This document shows positions 55,416 through 64,000 of a stretch of DNA of 64,000 bases, piece by piece. The DNA lies in the NCBI GenBank assembly GCA_021613535.1, contig CP075495.1:14446001-14510000 (forward strand), given 5' to 3'. Under the pieces are notes generated by a model that searched no databases, had not been told where the DNA came from, and saw nothing but the letters and a program-made list of their open reading frames with translations. The position numbers were made by a program, and so were the translations under genes. Every line of letters starts with the position of its first letter. Position 1 is the stretch's first letter. The DNA comes from Adineta vaga. Lineage: Eukaryota > Animalia > Rotifera.

Positions 55416-56629
55416 GATTTTGTTTGAGATCATAGAGATGTTTTTTTTTAATCAATTGCTACTATGGAAATGTGAAACATTCCACAGCACATTCTGCAAG
55501 AGGTGTAATGTATGTGTGAATGGATTTTTAAAGTGATATTTTTTTTTTATACGTAAATTATTTTGTTTTAAACTGTTTGATAGTAGTTATTGAGATATAC
55601 GATCAAGTTCGAGAGAAACAATGAACATTACTCGAACTGATGTCATTATTTGTCGTTGTCTAACAATATCTAATCGCAATTAGCATACTTAATCAAAAGA
55701 TTGAGTCCATCAAATATTTTAACAGTATTAAATAGATCTACTTATTCATGGTTATAAATACGCTACTATTATATAAGACACAGTTACTTTGCATCTTTCT
55801 ATCTATAAAACATTGTGATTATTCAAGGTGAACTGAAATTATGTTACATCGTTGTAAACTTCACTATCGTTTCCGTACACAATTAATCAAACATTTAGTT
55901 TCTTTTATTTCTCGCTACTCTTGAGAAAGCACGTGTCGCTAATATAAAATAGCGACTATAAGTAAAAATAATCATTTATCTTTCATTTCTCTAAGTTTTG
56001 AGAGGAAAAGAAAAGAAAACCATTTTGATGATGTTATTGAAAGAAAAACTAAGCAGATATCAATTTTTCAGAAGCAATCGTGTCGTATAAAATATTTAGT
56101 ATAATATAGTACTAGTTTTTGAGAAACATTTACTCAATGGTATGAACTGTATTATTGACTCCTTGTAATATATGTTATTGATCATCATATTAACTCTTCT
56201 CTCGGAAAGAGAAAAAGAAAGAAATTTTTTTACATGAAATAAGAGACTAATTGAAAAAAATGCGGCTATTTTAGAAAGAATAACAGGTAGGAAAGCACAC
56301 GTTATACTTCTTATTCACGAAGTAAACCTGACAATTTCATTTAATAACAGAATACTTTCCTTGTGACATAGAAAAAGCAGAGAGAGAGAGAGAGAGTAGT
56401 TTTCAAAAGCAATTCGTTCGCCATTACATAGATTCTAATAGATCATAGTTGTGAATAATGAAACAGGATATTCAAAAACTTGGATTCAAATTTCAAGTTT
56501 GAAACCATTGGAAATATTTATGAGAAATGATGCGATGTTCTTATAGCTTTGAGTCTGCTATTTTCGGTTTTTTTTATAATAAGAAAAATCAGATACATAA
56601 CATTTTAGTATTCTATAAACTTTACATAG

Positions 56630-57668
56630 ATGTCACGCTCAAAAACATGCTTAGCGGTATCAATTCTTGTTATTAGTATCATCTGTTATTATTTTTATTA
56701 TTTATCGTTAACCGCAGAATCTCCGAAAGTGTTATCATTTCTCTCAACACCGCCTTCGTTAGTATTGAAACCATCTCAATACAAAATAGTCGATATGAAT
56801 GATCGAACTCCATCATATAAATTAGCAACCACAGACGGTAACAAGCCATATGCTGATGGTGACCGAGCTCAAGCTACTGTTATCGATAGTCTTCATCTTC
56901 TCCAAAAATGTACGAAAGATCCGTCACTCGTTGTTGTCGATATCGGTGGTTTCTTAGGTATGTACATTTACTACTTCATCTTACAACAGCCAAAGACTCA
57001 TGTAGATTGTGATACACTTGTTTTTTTTTGTAGGTGATTTTGGATTATATGCAGCTGCATGTGGTTGTCAAGTGTTTATCTTCGAAGTACAGCCAAGCAT
57101 GGTTGATCTCATTCGCACATCCATTGCATTGAATAATTTCTCAACATCACGTGTTCGTGTGATACAAAAAGCAGTTAGTGATCTTCCTTCCAATTCACAG
57201 ATGACATTTTCGACTCAAGGCGGTCAAACAACAGTTCAAAATGGAACACTTCGTGTATCAACTATTCGTCTTGACGATATTGATTGGCCATCATCATCAT
57301 CAATTATTCTACTCAAAATCGATGTCGAAGGTTTTGAACTAAATGTTCTTCGATCAGCTGAAGAACTATTTCGTGCGAAACGTGTCCATCACTTGATCTT
57401 TGAATATACTGCATGGTGGACTGATCGTGCAGCTCAACAAGATCTCATTCCATATGTGGAGAAGAATCTTGGTGCTAAACAATTATATGCATTGGATCGG
57501 ACAAGTTCAATAGTGTATGGACCATTGACTCGAGATGTTCTTGATCAGTTTCATGCTAATCATGTCAAACGGCATTTGCAAACAGATATATATGTGAAGC
57601 TAGTGGATCAGAATGAAAACTCGAGTCTAAAAGCGCAACCATACACTCTGGGATCATCTTTTGCATGA
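56630..57668 (+). CDS. FkbM-family methyltransferase, copy 2; intron 56958-57033; ~320 aa
   Basis: Same motifs and same phase-1 intron position; different TM/stem sequence. Confidence 0.9.
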
Positions 57669-59317
57669 AATTGTGGGTGAGGTGTAAATGGCATAATGAC
57701 CATCTATTTCTTTAGTCAATTGCTGGTATGAGAATGTGAAACACATTGTAGCATAATTAGAATGAAGTGTGTTTTGTGTGTTTGGCTTAGGCACTGAAAG
57801 AAAACTGTTACTCTAACAAATAAACTATTTCATCAATAGTGATGGGAAAAAGAGAAAATGATAGATTGAACTCAAGTATGAGGACAAGGTTTATATCATT
57901 TGAAAGATAAGAGATTGATCATGATTTCTGTCGATAACATATTCTAATCTGATATTTCTCGTTTTCTTGTTCTGTGGTTTTATTTTTTCGTTATGTGAAC
58001 TAATTTATAAGAATATACAATTGTATCATTTTGCTATTCTTATTTTGATTGTATAATCCAACAAATCAGAGACAGTTGGCCAGCAGCAACAAATACTTTT
58101 AACGTTATTTTAAATAAAAATAAAAGCACATGCATTTTCATTGAGCGTGCTTGTATAAGAGAATGTACACAAACGGAGAGATGAAGAAAGAATAATAAGA
58201 AGGAAGAAAATGTTTCACGCTTTATTTTGCGCAGTAAGTAAATAAAAATCGAACTGTTTGCTGTGCTTTCGTAGGAGGATCAGAGAAGAAAATGTTTTCT
58301 GTTGAAGCACATTGTATGTTTTCTTGAACGAGCATGAGTTACTGTCTGAGGTCGGTATTAATAATATAGATACTGTGACAATGTAATGATAAATATCGTA
58401 AATAATTGAACAGATTATTACTGATTGTAATTATACTTTCAGAAAAAGAAGGTAAGATGAAGTGAGTAAAGACTTTTTTTATTTACTCGTTGAATAAAAT
58501 ATTCGTTTCTGCTCTCGAGCCTTACATATGTAGCTTACGGATTATGTTCGTTACGAAAAGTTATTTGTATGATTGTGATAGAAATTATTTCATTTCAGAT
58601 ATTGTTTGAAAACAATGATAGGTGTTTTCTGAAAAAGTATTTGAGATATCCAAAGATTTCTATAATTCAATTTATTTATTGATAGGAAACGATGTTTTTC
58701 CAATTTGTAGGGAAGGTACACGTAGATTGACAGTAGAGCATTATCTATCAAGCAGTGAGTTAACATCTATATTAGTAGAATAGTTGTTAAATAAGTTTCA
58801 ACTAAGGAAGCATCATATGACAGGATATCACGATGATTTTATATTGCGTTTTCCTTTATTCCGAGCACTCGCTTTCTCTTATTTTACCGTAGATATGAAT
58901 ACATTTTTTGTTCAAACTTTACCATAGAAAGATTGTGCCAAAGTCTCAGAAAAAGCTTAAGACAAGAATTTGAAACTTTGAATGTAAATATTTTCATTGC
59001 AGTTTCATATAATATCGCAGAAAATGATTGCAAGTCTTTGTGTGCTCTAAAAACGAGAGACATGACTCACATCTACTAATTCTTCAGAAGATCTTCGTAT
59101 GAAAAACAGAGTTAATATTTTAGTATTTATTGTCGCGTTTCACCAAAAATTTCTGATATAATTCTTTAAGGATTCAATATGATCAATTCCAATTTTGATG
59201 AATCGAAGAGAGTGAGCAGAGATGCATCGTTCCACGCAGGACCGAAACTCCCTAGAAAATCTTTTGCGGCAAACGCACAAAAGTTTATATATTTTCTCTA
59301 ATTGTAATTCTACATAG

Positions 59318-60378
59318 ATGTTAAGAACAAAAATTTTATTCATTGGATTAATTCTTGTAACTACGTCTGCCTTTTGTTATTATTACTATTACTACTATCA
59401 TTACACTCCTCGTGCACTTCCCACGTTTAAGTTACGCAAAATATCTCTATTGTCTATACAGTTATCGGTATCAGTAACCAATCGATCTGCCTACCATGTC
59501 GTCGATATGAATGATCGTACTCCATCATATAAGTTAGCGACGACTGATGGTAGCAAACCTTATGCCGATGGTGATCGAGCTCAAGCTACTGTTATCGATA
59601 GTCTTCATCTTCTCCAAAAATGTACGAAAGATCCGTCACTCATTGTTGTCGATATCGGTGGTTTCTTAGGTATGTACATTTACTACTTCATCTTACAATA
59701 CCCAAACACTCATGTAAATTGTGATACACTTGCTTTTTTGTAGGTGATTTTGGATTATATGCAGCTGCATGTGGTTGTCAAGTGTTTATCTTCGAAGTGC
59801 AGCCAAGCATGGTTGATCTCATTCGCACATCCATTGCATTGAATAATTTCTCAACATCACGTGTTCATGTGATACAAAAAGCAGTTAGTGATCTTCCTTC
59901 CAATTCACAGATGACATTTTCGACTCAAGGTGGTCTAACAACAGTTCAAAATGGAACACTTCGTGTATCAACTATTCGTCTTGACGATATTGATTGGCCA
60001 TCATCATCATCAATTATTCTACTCAAAATCGATGTCGAAGGTTTTGAACTAAATGTTCTTCGATCAGCTGAAGAACTATTTCGTGCGAAACGTATTCATC
60101 ACTTGATCTTTGAATATACTGCATGGTGGACTGATCGTGCAGCTCAACAAGATCTCATTCCATATGTGGAGAAGAATCTTGGTGCTAAACAATTATATGC
60201 ATTGGATCGGACAAGTTCACTGGTGTATGGACCATTGACTCGAGATATTCTTGTTCAGTTTCATGCTAATCATGTCAAACGGCATTTGCAAACAGATATA
60301 TATGTGAAGCTAGTGGATCAGAATGAAAACTCCAGTCTAAAAGCACGACCATACACTTTGGAATCATCTTTTGCATAG
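59318..60378 (+). CDS. FkbM-family methyltransferase, copy 3; intron 59670-59743; ~328 aa
   Basis: Same motifs; intron reads identically to that of copy 1. Confidence 0.9.
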
Positions 60379-61255
60379 TTTCGATGTGATACGCATGATA
60401 GGAAATTCGGATGAAAGTGATTTTATGTATATTCATGAATAATGTTTTAAAATAAAATTGTTAATTATTTGGATCCTATATGAACTTTACATTTTTCTTT
60501 CTTTATCGTCATTTTGAATGTGGGAATATCAACCTTATATACATCTACTTTTACCCCCCGTATCTGCAATATCAAGATGTTTAATGTATTAACATTAAAT
60601 TGTCTGTGAAATGAACTTGATATCTTTATTCGTTTGTTTTATATTTGGACATTGTGTCAGAGCGTTCAGTTGAGAAAAGTATTGTGACGTCGAATTTTTT
60701 TTGCGTCTTTCTTTTTACATAATGTAGAAACGAAGCAGATTCTTTTTCTTATTCATTTACCGGTCGTAAGAAGAAAAGTGTTGTTTAAACATTAAAAGAA
60801 AATAAATTCAGTTTTGTTTGCTAAGCAGTCAACTAATCTATATGTGAGGAGCACATGGTATATTTTCTCGGATGAAAATGGAGGTAAGTCTATTGTAATA
60901 AACCATACTATTTGTAATATTAAAATACAACATAGAGATCATAGTGTATCTTCAGAATATGATAGCATGCTAAATTATTGTACGGTTTTGTCCTTGAAAT
61001 CTCTGTGATGATATTTTACTAAAAAAAAACAGCGATGTTTTATTTGAAAGGGAGCGAAATCAGCTAGTAATGAGTACAAAAAGAACTGTAAATTATATTC
61101 CAATTTATAATATTATTTCCTTGTCAGATTTTCTTTCGGGAATAAATGTAAGAATCCTAAATTCAATTTGGGATCAAATAAAGTTCGAATTTATTGATTA
61201 TGGTGCAATGACAAAGTTTTTAAGCTCTACGTTGACTTTGTATGATTTCAGATAA

Positions 61256-62316
61256 ATGTCCAAATCAAAAGTAATATTCTTAGGACTACTTTTTTCAACT
61301 GCACTGATACTACTTTTTAATTACTATAATCATTATGACAATCCTCATTCATTATTCATATCTGAATTACCGAAAATATCAATATTATCGATTGAATTAC
61401 CACCTTGCACGGTACCTTTATACAAATATCAACTCGTAGAGATGGATGATCGTTCCCCAATTTACACACTTGCAACACAAGATGGAGATAAACCATTTGA
61501 TGAAGGTTATTTCTCTCAAGCTAATCTTGTTGATAATCTAAAACTTATCGAAGCATGCAGTCAAGATCCATCACTCATTGTTGTCGATATTGGTTCTCTA
61601 TTAGGTAATTGTACATCTAATATTTAAAGACACTGATTAAAAAAAAGTGTACTAGATGATCTGTTTCTTTTTTTTTCATAGGTGATTTTGGATTATATGC
61701 AGCAGCATGTGGTTGTCAAGTGTATATATTCGAAATACAACCGAACTCTACCGATCTTATTCGAGCATCGATCTTAGCAAATAATTTCTCGACTGAACGT
61801 GTTCATGTTATACAACGAGCAGTGACGAACATACCTTCCAATTCTGATATGACATTCGCTATTCGAGATGGTCGATCGAATATTACAAAAGGAACAATAC
61901 GTACATCAACTGTTCGCCTCGATGATATTGATTGGCCACCGTCATCGTCGATTCTTCTACTTAAAATCGATGTTTCAGGTTTTGAATTGAATGTTCTTCG
62001 ATCAGCCAAAAAATTATTTCGTGCAAAACGTATTCAACATGTAATTCTCGAATATACGGCATGGTGGACTGATCGTGCAGCACAAAAAGATGTCATTCCA
62101 TATTTACAAAAAACTCTTGGTGCAAAAGGATTATATGCATTAGAACGATTAGGTCGAATCATATATGGACCATTGAATACACAAGCAGTAAGACATTTCT
62201 ATGATTATCATGTTAATATACGTCTGCAAACTGATATCTATGCAAAATTTATTGAAACAAATGGAAGTTCTACATTTAATGCAGAGCCCTACTATCTTGG
62301 AGTATCACGTGCTTAA
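61256..62316 (+). CDS. FkbM-family methyltransferase, divergent copy 4; intron 61605-61681; ~327 aa
   Basis: VVDIGSLLGDFGLYAA, FEIQP, KIDVSGFELNVL; same intron position but unrelated intron sequence. Confidence 0.88.
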
Positions 62317-62618
62317 AAATTTGTTTTTTTTTGACACAAATGGACATGTTAGAATCAATTTCATATAAAATGCATTCTCTTGTTTTCAACGTTCGATACT
62401 TATTTTATCAAAATATTCAATAAAGAAGATAATATTTATTCTAAAACTTTTTTCTTTGCCTTTATTAAACCTTATTATTATGTCATAGTATAAAGAAGAA
62501 AATAGGGTGATAAGCAAACAGCTACACAAAATGATTAAAAAGAACGATATAGACACCTAATATTCAGCTAGTTCGAATAGATTCACTTTTTTTTTATTGA
62601 TAATTTTGTGCATTTGTT

Positions 62619-64000
62619 TTAACGTTGACGAACTGAACTTGCCCGTATTGTTGATGCAGCCCGGATTGTCGTAGTCGATTCTCGAATATCACGCTAGAAG
62701 AATATACAAATTGAATACTTCATTTTCATTCAAACAATAAAACTTACAGCTTCTGATGTACGACTCATGCTGACTGATGAACGATTCTTTGCACGTAATT
62801 TACCAAGTTGATTTTCAGCTAAATCAGCACGTTCAGCTGATTCTTCTGTAAAAATCAATGAAATCTTTTATATTTTCTGTTTTTTCATTGTAGAATTTCG
62901 AAACTTACCAAGATCAGTTTGTACTTTACGAAATTTAGCCAAATTAAGAGCGGCAATTTCCTCTGTAAAACGAGAGATATAAATGAAAATAAGTGAAAAG
63001 GTAAATTTTATTCTTACCAGCTTCTTCAACTTGACGTTTGTAGACTTTGAGTTTAGCTTGTAATTTTTCTGAAAGATCTTGAAAACGTTGTTGATTCTTA
63101 CGATCTTCTTCGGTTTGAAATACAAGTTCTTTCAAACGACGATCATTTTTACGTAATTCTTTCAATGTTTCTTGATGACGATGTTGTTCTAATTCATTTT
63201 CACTTTCTAATTCATGAATCTAAATCCAAAAAACAAAAGAGTTTTTCTTTCTTTACCCAAATACTCTCTCTCTCTCTCTTTCTTTGTATCTTACACGTTG
63301 TTCAAGTTTAGCAATAATACGTTTTCCACCTTTGAGTGAATTTCCTTCCGCTTCATCCAAACGTGTTTGAAGATCTTTAACTTGTTGTTCAAGACCTTTA
63401 CGTAATCGATCAACTTGTAAAGAATGTTCTTGTTCTTGACGTAATTCTTCCACAAGACGTGCGGCATCAGCACCAGCTTTTTTCGCACGTTCTTCACTGT
63501 TTTTAAGTTCACCAACAGCTTCATCTAAATCAGATTGCATTGCTGCAATAGTTGATTCTAATTGTCGTCGTTGTGATGATAAATTAGCATTTTGTGTGCT
63601 AACTTCACTAATACGATCAGCAGCATCATTAAGTTCATTTTCTGCAGCTTTACGTGCACGTTCAGCTTGTTCTAAAGCTGTACGTAATTCTTCTAATTCA
63701 CCTGTAATAACATTAGCACGACGTTCAGCATTTAAAGCAGCTTCACGAGCTTCATCACGTTGTCGTTGTTCTTCTTCAATTTGTATTTGTAATTCAGTTA
63801 TATTAATTTCAATACGTTTCAAAGATTTTTGTAAATCCGTATTTGTACGATTCGCATGATCAAGTGCAACTTCAAGTTCATTGATATCTGATTCAAGTTT
63901 CTTTTTCTATAGGAAACGAAAAGAAAGTATTATCAAATGTTAAAAAAAAACGTTTCCCGTTCTATCATACTTGTTTGAGTGCTTCAGTTTTTGATCGTGT
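62619..64000 (-). CDS. Myosin II (muscle) heavy chain, 3' part (light meromyosin rod and tailpiece); truncated by the window edge
   Basis: [95 protein letters not shown]. Confidence 0.93.

Noticed and set aside
62619-64000. Paramyosin as an alternative call
   Set aside because: [37 protein letters not shown] and LGKLRAK match myosin heavy chain better; the head domain lies outside the window, so this is not fully proven.

Overview
AT-rich (roughly 70% AT) animal genomic DNA with many short (~50-80 bp) GT-AG introns. Gene content and style (intronless orphan class-A GPCRs, intron-bearing bacterial-type enzymes, CGT/CGA-rich Arg codons) best fit a bdelloid rotifer such as Adineta or Rotaria; this is an inference. 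About 24 protein-coding genes were reconstructed by hand by joining ORFs across splice sites. In order: CCR4/nocturnin-like EEP phosphoesterase, bacterial-type NAD(P)HX dehydratase, secreted copper-radical (galactose/glyoxal) oxidase, MYCBP-like, CNNM, Tctex-1, SERT-like SLC6 transporter, GPCR, tachykinin-like neuropeptide precursor, three-Ig GPI-anchored adhesion protein, Rh ammonium transporter, PARP6/8-like, MBF1, CNEP1R1, an RRM protein, PCED1-like esterase, a second GPCR, a membrane-anchored trypsin, coronin, four tandem type-II-membrane FkbM methyltransferases and the 3' end of a myosin II heavy chain. Main leads: (1) a co-oriented left-end trio with two probable horizontally acquired, intron-bearing enzymes, flanked by CTCF-like motifs; (2) the FkbM array, whose catalytic region and intron are homogenised while anchors and flanks are unrelated; (3) a SERT-like transporter with an altered substrate pocket; (4) a single-peptide FHAMR-amide precursor with a CRE/TATA promoter next to an orphan GPCR. 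No tRNA, rRNA, CRISPR array or intact transposon was recognised. All family assignments come from recalled motifs, not database searches.
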